The notes: a model not told the origin generated them from the letters alone. A stretch of DNA of 64,000 bases from Acidimicrobiales bacterium (GCA_035569675.1 DATMMN010000145.1:361-64360); one strand, 5' to 3'; counted from the stretch's first letter, positions 1 through 9,862 are shown. Made by a program: numbers and translations.

Positions 1-1
1 C

Positions 2-133
2 TTCGGCGACGTCGTGACCGTGGGCCTCCGTTCGGTGTTGCACCGTGACGCCACTGATGTCCCGGGCCCCCACGTGTCTGCGCCGGCCGCGGTACAGCCG
101 CCCGCACTGCTGGCCAAGGGAGCGGAGCAATGA
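2..133 (+). CDS. 3' end of a gene entering from the left edge (possibly the permease of the adjacent ABC system)
   Basis: Frame 2 is open from the window edge to TGA 131-133. The stop overlaps the next ATG (ATGA at 130-133). Only 43 codons are visible and no motif was recognised. Confidence 0.3.
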   Translation, partial: FGDVVTVGLRSVLHRDATDVPGPHVSAPAAVQPPALLAKGAEQ

Positions 134-996
134 CGGTCGCGTCCGCAGCGCCTGTCCGGCGTCCGGCGCAACTCCGCGTCGAGGACGTCAGTGTGCGTTT
201 CGGCGGGGTGCACGCGCTCAACGGGGTCACGTTCACGGCCGAGCCGGGATCCATCGTCGGGCTCATCGGCGCCAACGGGTCGGGCAAGACGACGACGCTC
301 GACGTGATCTCGGGTCTGGTCAAGCCGCAGGCGGGGCGCGTGCGGCTGGACGGGACCGATCTGGGGGAGTACCTCCCCGAGGAGCGCCTGGGTGTCGGCA
401 TGGTCCGCTCGTTCCAGGACTGTCGCCTGTATCCGGAGCTCTCGGTGCTCGACGTCCTGCTGTTGAGCGAGGACGCGCGCCACGAGGTGGCGGTCTTGTC
501 GACGACGCTGCGGCTCCCGTGGGCGCGCCGGGCCGAGCGTCGCAAGCTCGAAGCGGTCGACCAGGTCATCGGCGCGTTCGGTCTCGACCGGTTCCGCCAC
601 CACCGCACCGCCGAGCTGTCGACGGGGACCCGGCGGGTTGTCGACCTGGCGTCCATCGTCCTGGCGCAGCCTCGCCTGCTGCTCCTCGACGAGCCGACGG
701 CCGGCATCGCGCAGCGGGAGGCCGAGGCCTTCATTCCGCTCCTGCGGCGCATCCACGAGGTGACCGACACCACGATCGTGCTCGTCGAGCACGACGTCCC
801 CCTCGTGTTCGAGCTGTGCTCGACCGTGATCGTGATGGAGTTGGGCCAGGTCGTAGTGGCCGGGCCGCCGGACCAGGTCCGCGCTGACCCAAAGGCTCTG
901 GCCGCCTACCTTGGTGCCAGCGACGAGGCCCTCATGGCGTCGGGCCCGCTCGGGGAGGGCGGTCGAGACCGCACAGGTCGAAACGAAGGAGCGTGA
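130..996 (+). CDS. ABC transporter ATP-binding protein (branched-chain amino acid LivG/LivF type)
   Basis: Walker A GANGSGKTT, ABC signature LSTGTRRVVDLA, Walker B LLLLDEPTAG. RBS-like AAGGGAGCGGAG lies upstream. Confidence 0.85.
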   Translation: MTVASAAPVRRPAQLRVEDVSVRFGGVHALNGVTFTAEPGSIVGLIGANGSGKTTTLDVISGLVKPQAGRVRLDGTDLGEYLPEERLGVGMVRSFQDCRLYPELSVLDVLLLSEDARHEVAVLSTTLRLPWARRAERRKLEAVDQVIGAFGLDRFRHHRTAELSTGTRRVVDLASIVLAQPRLLLLDEPTAGIAQREAEAFIPLLRRIHEVTDTTIVLVEHDVPLVFELCSTVIVMELGQVVVAGPPDQVRADPKALAAYLGASDEALMASGPLGEGGRDRTGRNEGA

Positions 997-2555
997 CCAT
1001 GGAGGCGAGCACCCAAGTGCCCGGACACCTGACCATGTGGAATCCGTTGGCGCCGATCGCGCGGTCGTGGCGCCGTTTGCGGCGCCGCCCGCGGGCCATG
1101 CAGATCCGCACCGCGCTCATCGTCGTGGCGATCGTCGTGGGCCTCGTGGCCTGGCTGGCCTTCGCGCCGTCGGGCACTCCGGGCGGGGCGGGAGCTGCCG
1201 GCGCGGCCGAGCGTCCGAACGGGTCGGGCACGCAGGGCTTCACGCCGGTGAGCCAGGCCAGCACAAGCAATCGCGGCGTTTCGAAGACCGAGATCAACGT
1301 CGTGTTCCCGGTGGTCGCGGTCAACAGCCAGGCGGGCAAGTTCGGGTTCGCGACGGACAAGGAGTACAACGAGCAGATCCCCGCCATCAACCTCTACGTG
1401 AACCAGATCAACAACGCCGGCGGGATCAACGGCCGCAAGATCAACCCGATGATCGTGTCGTTCGACCCGAGCAACACGGCCGGCGACCAGGCCCTGTGCC
1501 GGCAGTGGACCCAGGGCAGCCCGGCGGTGTTCGCGGTCGTCGACGGCATCGGCACCTGGATAGGTGACGACCAGCTCTGTGTGACCCAGCAGGGGCAGAC
1601 GCCGGTGATCAGCGCCTGGTCCACCACCACCAACTGGACCAACCTCGGCTCGCCGTATCTGTGGTGGACCGGGGCCGACATGGCGCCCGTCCTGGCCGCG
1701 ACCGTGCAGTGGGGCCTCAGCTCCGGCCGCCTCGGCCACGGCAAGAAGGTCGGCATCGTCGTGTCCGACCAGGCACCCGACCAGGCGGCGATGAACGACT
1801 ACCTGCTGCCCGACCTGAGGAAGGCGGGCATCACGCCGATGGTCGAAACGGTGGCGGCAGGGTTGAACGAGACGGCGTCGACGAGCTCGGACGCACAGCT
1901 GGCGGTGGAGAAGTTCAAGGCCGCGGGGGTGCAGTCGGTCTTCCCGCTCATCTACGAACCGGCGTTCTTCCCCTTCATCGGCGCGGAGTCGTCGCAGCAG
2001 TACTACCCGCAACTCCTCCTGAGCGACTACCAGTCGACCATAGAGACCGCGCTGGGCCTGATCCCCGTCCCGTACGAAGCGGCGCTGGACGGGCAGGAGG
2101 GCGTCACGACCGAGACGCTCGGGGGCTTCGACGACGCGCGACCCGAAAGCCAGGGTGGCTACGACCCGGGCGTGCGCTCCTGCTACCAGACTTGGCACGG
2201 CTACCACCCCAAGCCCATCGCGGGGACCACGAGCTTCTACATCGAGGAGCAGGGCCCGATCCAGGCCTGGTGCGGGGCCATCCGGCTGTTCGCTCAGGCA
2301 GCCAAGAACGCGGGACCGAATCTGAACCGACGCACCTTCGTGACGGCGATGTCGAAGATCACGAACTTCCCCGGCACGCTGTCGCCGGATTGGACCTTCG
2401 GTGCGGCCAAGTTCTACGGCCCGAGCACCTACCAGGTGGTCAAGGTGCACAACAACGTCCCGCCGTCTTCGCAGTGCAAGCTCAAGACGAACCACAAGCC
2501 ACAGGGCACGTGCTGGGTGACGGTGCAGGGTTTCAAGCCGCTCCCGGCGGGTTGA
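993..2555 (+). CDS. ABC transporter substrate-binding protein (Leu/Ile/Val-binding family-like) with N-terminal membrane anchor/signal
   Basis: Hydrophobic segment IVVAIVVGLVAWLAF, then a Gly/Ala-rich linker and a periplasmic-binding-protein-like body. GTGA overlap with the upstream ATPase gene. The start could instead be ATG 1098. Confidence 0.7.
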   Translation: MTMEASTQVPGHLTMWNPLAPIARSWRRLRRRPRAMQIRTALIVVAIVVGLVAWLAFAPSGTPGGAGAAGAAERPNGSGTQGFTPVSQASTSNRGVSKTEINVVFPVVAVNSQAGKFGFATDKEYNEQIPAINLYVNQINNAGGINGRKINPMIVSFDPSNTAGDQALCRQWTQGSPAVFAVVDGIGTWIGDDQLCVTQQGQTPVISAWSTTTNWTNLGSPYLWWTGADMAPVLAATVQWGLSSGRLGHGKKVGIVVSDQAPDQAAMNDYLLPDLRKAGITPMVETVAAGLNETASTSSDAQLAVEKFKAAGVQSVFPLIYEPAFFPFIGAESSQQYYPQLLLSDYQSTIETALGLIPVPYEAALDGQEGVTTETLGGFDDARPESQGGYDPGVRSCYQTWHGYHPKPIAGTTSFYIEEQGPIQAWCGAIRLFAQAAKNAGPNLNRRTFVTAMSKITNFPGTLSPDWTFGAAKFYGPSTYQVVKVHNNVPPSSQCKLKTNHKPQGTCWVTVQGFKPLPAG

Positions 2556-2598
2556 TCAGCCGACGACGGCGAGCGCCCTCGGGCTCTTCGACGTTGCC

Positions 2599-3435
2599 TC
2601 AGGCAATGATCGTCGGCGACGGCGGACGGCCCTCCAAGATGTCGTCGAACCTCGCTTCCAGGGCGCCACGAAGCTCAGGGTGGGTGAGGATGTAGAAGGT
2701 GTTGGTGCGGACAGCGTCCAACACACGCTCGGCCACCTGCTCGGGCGGGATCCCAGTGCTCACGAGGTCCTGAATCAGACCGCGCATCTCTTCGGCCCCT
2801 TCGACCTCGCGTCCGGGCGCCCACGTCGGGCGGTTGCGGTCGGACTCGGCAATGCGAGTCACCACGAAGCCCGGACAGAGCACCGACACGCCCACACCCG
2901 AGACGCCCGAACCTTGAAGGTCCTTGTACAGAGTCTCGGAGATGGCGACGACGGCCTGCTTCGTCGCGTTATAAGGGCCGAGGAACGGAGCGGTGGTGAG
3001 GCCTGCAATTGATGCCGTGTTCACAACATGGCCTTCACCCTGCTCAATGAGCAGTGGCACAAATGCCGCGATGCCGTGCACGACTCCCCACAGGTTCACG
3101 CCGAGGATCCAACGCCAATCCTCCTCGGGCACCTCCCAGATGGGCCCACCCGTCCCGACGCCGGCGTTGTTGTGCACCAGGTGCACGGCACCAAACTCTC
3201 TCAAGGCGCGATCGCGTAGTTCGGTCACTGACGCAAGGTCGGACACGTCGGTCACCGCCCCGATGACGTCGGCCCCATTGGACCCGAGCTCGTCCGTCGC
3301 CTCCTTCAGGGCGTTTTCCTCGATGTCGGCCAACACGACCTTCATCCCCTCGCCTACCGCTCGTGTCGCCACCGCCTTGCCGATGCCGCTGGCGGCTCCG
3401 GTGACCACCGCCACCTTGCCTTGCAGGTTCTCCAT
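2599..3435 (-). CDS. SDR family oxidoreductase
   Basis: MENLQGKVAVVTGAASGIGKA Rossmann motif; NNAG motif. ATG at 3435 chosen over the long upstream ORF extension. Confidence 0.85.
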   Translation of the reverse strand: MENLQGKVAVVTGAASGIGKAVATRAVGEGMKVVLADIEENALKEATDELGSNGADVIGAVTDVSDLASVTELRDRALREFGAVHLVHNNAGVGTGGPIWEVPEEDWRWILGVNLWGVVHGIAAFVPLLIEQGEGHVVNTASIAGLTTAPFLGPYNATKQAVVAISETLYKDLQGSGVSGVGVSVLCPGFVVTRIAESDRNRPTWAPGREVEGAEEMRGLIQDLVSTGIPPEQVAERVLDAVRTNTFYILTHPELRGALEARFDDILEGRPPSPTIIA

Positions 3436-3511
3436 CGGGCCTCCCTTCTCGCTCTTCGGGCAGTCAATCATTCCTCCGACGAGGAGACCACCGCGTTCGT
3501 GCCACGATCGG

Positions 3512-4153
3512 TCACAACCAGGAGAGGGTCCCCGCCGTCCAAAGCACCAAGACCCCCACGGCGCACAGGAGGAGTGGCACGGCCACCGCTCCGAGTCGTG
3601 CCATGACCGCACGCGCCCGCGGGTGCCGGCCGGCGGCCAAGACCGCCGCGGTCACCCCGATCTCCCCGGCCACGAACACCAGGGCGATGGCCGACAGCTT
3701 GCTCGCGCCGCCCTGGCGGAAGAGGGGGATGTAGACAGCCAGGTTGTCGCCGCCGGCTGCGAGGGTGACCAGCGCCGCCGACGTCAGGCTGCGTCCCACG
3801 GCGCGGTCGGTGGCCCGCCGTCGTCGTCGCGTTCCCGTTGGCTCTTCGGCACGACCGGGGCGGTCGAGCAGGCCGACCAGGCCGCGCACACCGATGGCCA
3901 ACGGGACGAAGCCGAGGAGCCCGACCGCCGCCGTCGAGAACTCGAAGAGCAGGGCCGCGGCCGCGGCAGCGATGCAGACGATGCAGACGAATCCCACGAC
4001 CTGACCGGCGGCGATCCGGTGCGCCCGGTTCAGCGGCGCACCGGCGACCAACGTGGCGGTCACGACCGTGTTGTCGACGTTGGTGCCGACGAACGCGGCT
4101 GTCGCGATGCCGACGTCGGCCCAGAAACCGGCGACCGCCAGGAGTGCAGTCAG
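3512..4153 (-). CDS. CadD-family (cadmium resistance transporter-like) membrane protein, start uncertain
   Basis: About 213 codons with multiple hydrophobic helices. N-terminal FVGTNVDNTVV resembles the CadD-family motif. No ATG/GTG/TTG lies upstream of that motif; only CTG 4153 is present, overlapping the TauD stop. Confidence 0.5.
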   Translation of the reverse strand: MTALLAVAGFWADVGIATAAFVGTNVDNTVVTATLVAGAPLNRAHRIAAGQVVGFVCIVCIAAAAAALLFEFSTAAVGLLGFVPLAIGVRGLVGLLDRPGRAEEPTGTRRRRRATDRAVGRSLTSAALVTLAAGGDNLAVYIPLFRQGGASKLSAIALVFVAGEIGVTAAVLAAGRHPRARAVMARLGAVAVPLLLCAVGVLVLWTAGTLSWL

Positions 4154-5052
4154 GTTGCGGGCAACGGCATCGCCGGCCCGAAGGGCTTGTCGCCCCGCAA
4201 GGTCACGCGGTGCGCATAGCGAGGAGCGTCTCCGTAGTCGTCGAGCGCGTAGTGCAGGGTGGCCCGGTTGTCCCACATCGCCACCGAACCGGCCCGCCAA
4301 CGGAAGCGGCAGGTGTATTCGGGCTTGATGCAGTGGTTGTAGAGCATCTCGAGGATGGCGTTGCTCTCGTTGTCGGACAGGCCGAAGATCTGCCGGGTGA
4401 ATTGGCGGTTGACGAAGAGGCCGTTGCGCCCGTTCTCGGGGTGGGTACGTACAACGGGGTGCAGCGCGGGGAGCAGTTTCTCCTGCCAGACGCCGTCCCA
4501 CTCGTACCCGCCCCTTTCGGCCACATCCGCCGCGAACCACGGGTCGTGATGGATGGCGATCAATTGGTCGCACATGGCGCGCACCGTGTCGGCCAGGCCG
4601 TCGTAGGCTTCTTGCAGGCTCGCCCACATCGTGTCGCCGCCGACAGCGGGAGCCTCGAGCATGTAGAGGATCGAACCCATCGCCGGGGTCTGCAGGAAGG
4701 TGACGTCGGTGTGCCACCAATTGGCCCTGTCGACCTTGCCGTCGATGGCCAGCACCTCTCGGCTCTCCTCGATCGAGGGCAGCACGGGGTGGGCCTCGGT
4801 CACGATGCCGAACTGGCGGGCGAATTCGGCCTGCTGGTCCGCGGTCAGGGACTGGTCCCGGAAAAAGATGACGTGGTGGGTGTTCCAAGCATCGCGGATC
4901 GCCGCGACGACCTCGGGAGCCAGGGCGCTTGACAGGTCCACACCGGAGATCTCGGCACCGATCTTCGGTGAGATCGGGTGGACGCTGACGGAGGTGGCGA
5001 GGGTCACCTCCCAATTCTGCCTCAGTTCGTGGTCCCCTACATTGGCCGGCAA
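4150..5052 (-). CDS. TauD/TfdA family Fe(II)/2-oxoglutarate dioxygenase
   Basis: WHTDVTFLQTPAMGSILY...GGDTMWAS and a C-terminal ...RVTLRGD segment, typical of taurine dioxygenase-like enzymes. Confidence 0.85.
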   Translation of the reverse strand: MPANVGDHELRQNWEVTLATSVSVHPISPKIGAEISGVDLSSALAPEVVAAIRDAWNTHHVIFFRDQSLTADQQAEFARQFGIVTEAHPVLPSIEESREVLAIDGKVDRANWWHTDVTFLQTPAMGSILYMLEAPAVGGDTMWASLQEAYDGLADTVRAMCDQLIAIHHDPWFAADVAERGGYEWDGVWQEKLLPALHPVVRTHPENGRNGLFVNRQFTRQIFGLSDNESNAILEMLYNHCIKPEYTCRFRWRAGSVAMWDNRATLHYALDDYGDAPRYAHRVTLRGDKPFGPAMPLPAT

Positions 5053-5084
5053 CCACGGTGGGCCGATGAGGGAAGGGGCCGAAC

Positions 5085-6155
5085 ATGAGCGCTGACGACG
5101 GGGGGCTCCTGTTCGCCCCGCCCGTACGCAACTACTCGCCCTGGTACCAGTGGATGGCCCGATTGGCCGCCACCGAGCACGAGGACCCCGTACCCGAGGC
5201 CGACCCGGACCCTGCGGCGATCCCCGCCTGGGTCGAGCGCTGCCGCGCCCGCCTGCACGGGCTGATGGGCCCGAACCCCTCCCGGGTGCCCCTCAACGTC
5301 GAGACGCTCGAGTCGACCGCTTGCGACGGCTATCGCCGCGACAAGATCGTCTTCGACACCGAGGACACCATGTCGGTGCCGGCGTACCTTCTCGTTCCTG
5401 ACGCGCGCACCGGCTCCCCGCCCGGCGCTGCGGTCCTCGCCTGCCACGGCCACGGTCCCGGCAAGTCGCAAGTCGTCGGCCTGGAGCACACGGACATGCC
5501 CAACGCCGACTACGCGCTCCAACTGGCGCGCCGCGGCTATGTCGTGCTGGCGCCCGACCTGCGGTGCTTCGGCGAGCGTCTCGACTGGAACCCCGAGGAC
5601 CACTACGCCTGCGACACCAACCTGGTGCACGCGGCGATGGCGGGGTGGAACCCCTTGACGCAGAACGTCTGGGACCTCACGCGCTCGATCGACGTGCTGC
5701 AGGAACACCCGCTGGTCGATCCAGACCGGGTGGGCATGGTCGGCATCAGCTACGGGGGCACCGTGACGCTGTTCACCGCGGCCCTCGACCAACGCGTCGC
5801 CGCGGCCGTCGTCAGCGGTTACTTCTCGTCATGGGCCGAGAGCCACAAGATGCCGTGGAACATGTGCGGCTCGCAGATCGTGTTCGGGATGCTGGGCCGG
5901 CTGGAGCACGAGGACCTGGGCGCCCTCGTCGCGCCGCGCCCGCTCCTGATCGAGACGGGCACCGAGGACCTCCTGTTCCCGGTCGCCACGGCGACCGAGT
6001 CCGTGCGGCGCGCCCGACTCGTCTTCGAAGCCGGGGACGCGTCGGACCGACTGGTGCACGACGTGTTCGAAGGCGGCCACCAGTGGCACGGCACCGAAGC
6101 GCTGCCCTTCCTCGACCGCTGGCTGGCGCACGACCCGCTGACCGGCGCGGGCTGA
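5085..6155 (+). CDS. alpha/beta hydrolase (dienelactone hydrolase / acetyl-xylan-esterase-like)
   Basis: Nucleophile elbow GISYGG, C-terminal H in GGHQWHG. RBS GAAGGGG before the ATG. Confidence 0.7.
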   Translation: MSADDGGLLFAPPVRNYSPWYQWMARLAATEHEDPVPEADPDPAAIPAWVERCRARLHGLMGPNPSRVPLNVETLESTACDGYRRDKIVFDTEDTMSVPAYLLVPDARTGSPPGAAVLACHGHGPGKSQVVGLEHTDMPNADYALQLARRGYVVLAPDLRCFGERLDWNPEDHYACDTNLVHAAMAGWNPLTQNVWDLTRSIDVLQEHPLVDPDRVGMVGISYGGTVTLFTAALDQRVAAAVVSGYFSSWAESHKMPWNMCGSQIVFGMLGRLEHEDLGALVAPRPLLIETGTEDLLFPVATATESVRRARLVFEAGDASDRLVHDVFEGGHQWHGTEALPFLDRWLAHDPLTGAG

Positions 6156-6395
6156 ACAGTCAGGTCGGTGTCGGGCCGACTTTGCCGCCCTCCTGCCCAT
6201 CGCCCGGTTCGCGTTGCTGCGCGGCGTCACGCAGCACTTCGTCGAGCGAGGGCGGGGGAGGGCTGCTGAGGTCGTCACCTCGATCGGCCGGCGTCATTTC
6301 TTCCCGTTCGTCGGAGGCGGGATCGTGGTCCGCCCCCCGGAGCCGGGCGCGCCAGCGCGCCAGGACGCCGTGGCCGGACCGGGCGCTTCCCGGCA

Positions 6396-7139
6396 CTAGA
6401 GGAAACTGCGCAGAACCGTGGGAAACGCCGATGCCAGGACGACCGTGCCGTGGACGTCGGTGGAGGTCGGGACCGAAACGGGGTGCGCGGTGGGGACGTT
6501 CATCAGTGAGAGCACGGCCGACACCGGGGTGCCGGGTCCCAGGTAGATGTGCGATGCGACCTGTTCGAGCAAGGTGGTGGTGCCCGTCGGGTCCGAGATC
6601 AGGGACGTGACGGAGAGCTTGCCGGTGGCCAGCTTCCCGAGGTTCGAGCTCGGGTCGACCATGTGCAGGTCCACCCCGACGTAATGCGTCACCGGGATAC
6701 CGAGCTGATCCAGCCCCGCGATGATGGCGTCGGGCTTGTGCACGCTCAGGGACTCGATCGCTGCCGTGTGACCTCCCGAGAGGGGCAGGGCGAGCGAGCT
6801 GGGGATCTTGAGCACGTTGGTGTGGGACCCGGTGTCGTGGAAGACGAAGACCTGCTCGAAGTGATTCGGGCCGCTGACGATCGCGAGCAGGTCGTTCTTG
6901 CCTTTCGCCAGCAGTGAGGCGGGCACGACGACGTGGTGCACGGCGTGGTCGATCTTGTAGATGCTGATGCCGATCCAAGCGGCGACCAAAGCGATGAGGG
7001 CGAACAGCGCGCCGCCGACGATGAGCAGGACGCGGCGTAGCCGCCTCCGTTTGGGCTTTCCGCCGCTACGGCCGGCCGCGACGTCGGTGGCGGCCGGGAC
7101 GACCGGGCCCAGAAGCCCCGTGGCGACAGCGATCGTCAA
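6396..7139 (-). CDS. membrane-anchored LytR/CpsA/Psr (LCP)-like protein, divergent
   Basis: KRRRLRR followed by TM helix VLLIVGGALFALIALVAAWIGI. The extracellular part follows LCP order (NDLLAIV...LKIPSSL...GIPVTHYVGVDLHM), but conserved LCP charged residues are not obvious. Confidence 0.4.
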   Translation of the reverse strand: MTIAVATGLLGPVVPAATDVAAGRSGGKPKRRRLRRVLLIVGGALFALIALVAAWIGISIYKIDHAVHHVVVPASLLAKGKNDLLAIVSGPNHFEQVFVFHDTGSHTNVLKIPSSLALPLSGGHTAAIESLSVHKPDAIIAGLDQLGIPVTHYVGVDLHMVDPSSNLGKLATGKLSVTSLISDPTGTTTLLEQVASHIYLGPGTPVSAVLSLMNVPTAHPVSVPTSTDVHGTVVLASAFPTVLRSFL

Positions 7140-7270
7140 ATTCCCCCCCGTCGAGCGGCCCGGCCACCGGCCCGGCGGTCCCCCCTGATCCCGCCTCGAA
7201 AGCTACGGCGTCGGCATTGCCCTGCCGTTGCCCACCGGGTTCGATGTGGTTGCCGTGATCGGCGGACTGG

Positions 7271-8026
7271 TCAGCCCGGGAGCAACCTCGCCGATGCGGG
7301 GTCGAGATGGATCGTGGCGCGGGAGACGGTCCGCAGGGCGGAGGCGGGACAGTCGGTGGCGATCGGGCCGGTCAGCGCGTCGTGGACGGGCTGGGCCTTG
7401 CGGCCCTCGGGGACCACGGCCAGGACCCGTCCAGCCCGCAACAACGCCGGGATTGTCACCGTGATCGCTTCGGCAGGCACCGCCTCGAGGTCCGGGAAGT
7501 GGCCCTCGTTGACCTGCTGGGCCCGACAGCCGGGGTCCAGCTCCACCACTTTCACGTCCACGGGGTCGGAGAAGTCCGCCACGGGTGGGTCGTTGAAGGC
7601 CAGGTGTCCGTTTTCGCCGATTCCGAGGCAGCACAAGTCGAGGGGGTACCGGCGGAGCAGCGCCGCATAGCGCTCGCACTCAGACGCCGCGTCGCCGAGT
7701 CCCTCGACGTAGAACGCCTCCTTCGGATGCGCCGGCTCCGTGATACGCGAGCGGATCCAGTGCTGGAAGCCGGCGGGATGGTCGGGCCCGACGCCGACGT
7801 ACTCGTCCATGTGGAAGACGACAGTGTCGGACCACGGCACGTCGGCGGTCTCCTGGACCAGTGCGTGGACGAATGCCAGTTGTGAATTGCCCGTGGCGAA
7901 CATCGCATGGGCGACGCCTCGCGCCGCGACCGCCGCACGCAAAACGGCGGCGGCCTCGTCCGCGGCGGCGCGTGCGAGTACCCCCGCGTCGCGGTGCACG
8001 TGCACGGTGGCTTCTCCCGCCTGCAT
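7271..8026 (-). CDS. glucosamine-6-phosphate deaminase / 6-phosphogluconolactonase family protein
   Basis: FATGNSQ, FHMDEYVG and LGIGENGHLAFNDPP motifs. ATG 8026 chosen because the longer ORF overlaps the divergent neighbour. Confidence 0.8.
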   Translation of the reverse strand: MQAGEATVHVHRDAGVLARAAADEAAAVLRAAVAARGVAHAMFATGNSQLAFVHALVQETADVPWSDTVVFHMDEYVGVGPDHPAGFQHWIRSRITEPAHPKEAFYVEGLGDAASECERYAALLRRYPLDLCCLGIGENGHLAFNDPPVADFSDPVDVKVVELDPGCRAQQVNEGHFPDLEAVPAEAITVTIPALLRAGRVLAVVPEGRKAQPVHDALTGPIATDCPASALRTVSRATIHLDPASARLLPG

Positions 8027-8081
8027 CGTTCCGGGCCGCACGGGATCAGCATGCCAGTCGTGGGTGGGACAGACTGGTTCC

Positions 8082-9041
8082 GTGCGTGACGTCGAGGTCC
8101 CGGGCCCCATTCACCTGGAGGCGGCATGGAAGGCGGTAAGCCGCCACCTGCCGGTGACGCCGGTGGTGGCCGCCCCGCAGCTCGGGCCGTCCGTCTCGGT
8201 GAAGGTCGAGACGGTCCAGCCGACGGGCTCGTTCAAGGTGCGCGGCGGGCTCGCGGCGGTGGCGGCGACGCACGAAGACGAACCCGGACGCGCCGTCGTC
8301 GCCTCTTCGGCCGGCAACCACGGGCTCGGTCTTGCGTACGCAGCGTCCAACCTGGGCGCGCAGGTGACGGTCGTGGTGCCGACAGGCGCCTCGGCGGCGA
8401 AGGTCTCCGCCCTCCAGCAATTCGACGTCCGGCTCGTCCTCTACGGGGAGGGGTACCGGGAAGCCGAGACCCACGCCCTGGACCTCGCCGCGCGCGAGGG
8501 CAGCCGCTACGTGTCGCCCTACAACGACCCCGACGTCATCGCGGGTCAGGCGACGTTGGCGCGCGAGCTGGCGGAGCAGGTACCCGATCTGGGCACCGTC
8601 GTCGTGCCGTGCGGGGGCGGCGGCTTGCTCTCGGGCGTGATCCTCGGGCTCGAGGGCCGGGACGTGCGTATCGTCGGGGTCGAGTCGGAGGCGTCACCTT
8701 CGATGAGCACCGCGCTCGCCGCGGGCGCCATCGTGCCGATCAACGTGGAGCCCACGGTCGCAGACGGCCTCGCCGGCAACCTCGAGCCGGGCGCGGTCAC
8801 CGTGGGCATCGCCTTGGCGCACGGCGTGCAGGTGCTCACGGTGAGCGAGGCGGACATCCGGTCGGCCATGGCCTTTGCCGCCCACAAGATGGGCTTCGTC
8901 ATCGAGGGCGCCGGCGCGGTCGGCGTCGCAGCCTTGCGGAGCGGGGTCGTGACCCCCGATCCGGGCAGAGGACAGACTGTCGTCATCCTCACCGGGCGCA
9001 ACGTCGCACCGAAACTGTTGTCGGAGGTCCTCCATTCCTGA
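8082..9041 (+). CDS. PLP-dependent threonine/serine dehydratase family protein
   Basis: PLP-lysine motif GSFKVRG, SAGNHG, glycine loop GGGGLLSG. GTG 8082 gives about 320 aa, typical for the family. Confidence 0.8.
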   Translation: MRDVEVPGPIHLEAAWKAVSRHLPVTPVVAAPQLGPSVSVKVETVQPTGSFKVRGGLAAVAATHEDEPGRAVVASSAGNHGLGLAYAASNLGAQVTVVVPTGASAAKVSALQQFDVRLVLYGEGYREAETHALDLAAREGSRYVSPYNDPDVIAGQATLARELAEQVPDLGTVVVPCGGGGLLSGVILGLEGRDVRIVGVESEASPSMSTALAAGAIVPINVEPTVADGLAGNLEPGAVTVGIALAHGVQVLTVSEADIRSAMAFAAHKMGFVIEGAGAVGVAALRSGVVTPDPGRGQTVVILTGRNVAPKLLSEVLHS

Positions 9042-9042
9042 A

Positions 9043-9852
9043 GTGAGCGTCAACGGCGCGACCTTGAGCTACGAGGTGACGGGGGAAGGCGACCCCCTCC
9101 TGTTGCTTGCCGGCTGCGGCCAGCCGGCGATCGCATGGCACCTGGGCCTGGTGCCGGCGCTCGTCGCGGCTGGGTACTGCGTCGCCACCTTCGACAATCG
9201 CGGCGTCGCACCCTCGTCCTCGCCGCCCGCGCCCTACAGCGTGGACACGATGGCGGCCGACGCCACCGGGCTGCTCGACCACCTGGGGTGGGACGGCCCG
9301 GTCCGCATCGCCGGCCACTCCATGGGTGGCTGGATTGCCGAGACCCTCGTGCTCGACCAGCCGGGCCGGGTGCGCGCCGCCGCCCTCATGGGTAGCGCCA
9401 ACGCGCCCACGGCCTGGGAGGTTGCCATCACTACGGTCGAGCGCGACCTGGCCGCTCTGGACTACGACCTGCCGCCTCTCTTCTATGCCACAGAGACGTT
9501 GCGGTACCTGCCGACGTCCGACCTCCAGGACTCCGAGGTCGTCAGCACCTGGCTCTCGTTCATCAGCGACGTGCCGGTGTGGCCGAACCCCGGACGGCTC
9601 GGCCAGTACGAGGCCGCGCTGGCCTGGTCAACCGACCCGTCCCGCACCACCCGCTGGCCCGAGGTGCGCGTCCCGTGCCTCGTGCTCGCGTTCGAGCACG
9701 ACGTCGACTCGCCACCCCGTTACGCCCGGGGGGCGGCCGAAGCCATTCCCGGCTGCACGTACCGCGAGGTCGCCGGCTCGGGGCACCTCGGCGTCATCAC
9801 GCACGTCGAGGAAGTCGCCCGGCACCTGATCGACTTCTTCGCGTCTTCCTGA
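9043..9852 (+). CDS. alpha/beta hydrolase
   Basis: HSMGG nucleophile motif, C-terminal GSGHL. The start is 1 nt after the upstream stop. Confidence 0.8.
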   Translation: MSVNGATLSYEVTGEGDPLLLLAGCGQPAIAWHLGLVPALVAAGYCVATFDNRGVAPSSSPPAPYSVDTMAADATGLLDHLGWDGPVRIAGHSMGGWIAETLVLDQPGRVRAAALMGSANAPTAWEVAITTVERDLAALDYDLPPLFYATETLRYLPTSDLQDSEVVSTWLSFISDVPVWPNPGRLGQYEAALAWSTDPSRTTRWPEVRVPCLVLAFEHDVDSPPRYARGAAEAIPGCTYREVAGSGHLGVITHVEEVARHLIDFFASS

Positions 9853-9862
9853 TCGGTTTCAC

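Noticed and set aside
906-2495. Very long alternative-frame or antisense ORFs. Examples: 906..2495(-), 17749..19218(-), 19228..20793(-), 21142..23160(+), 27063..29519(-), 59906..62020(-).
   Set aside because: Their translations are Arg/Pro/Gly/His-rich low-complexity strings with no motifs. Each lies entirely over a gene with clear family signatures in another frame. These are typical shadow ORFs of a high-GC genome.
6160-6297. 45-codon minus-strand ORF (MTPADRGDDLSSPPPPSLDEVLRDAAQQ...) in the convergent gap after the alpha/beta hydrolase.
   Set aside because: No RBS, no recognisable motif, and only moderate third-position GC bias. This is insufficient to call a gene.
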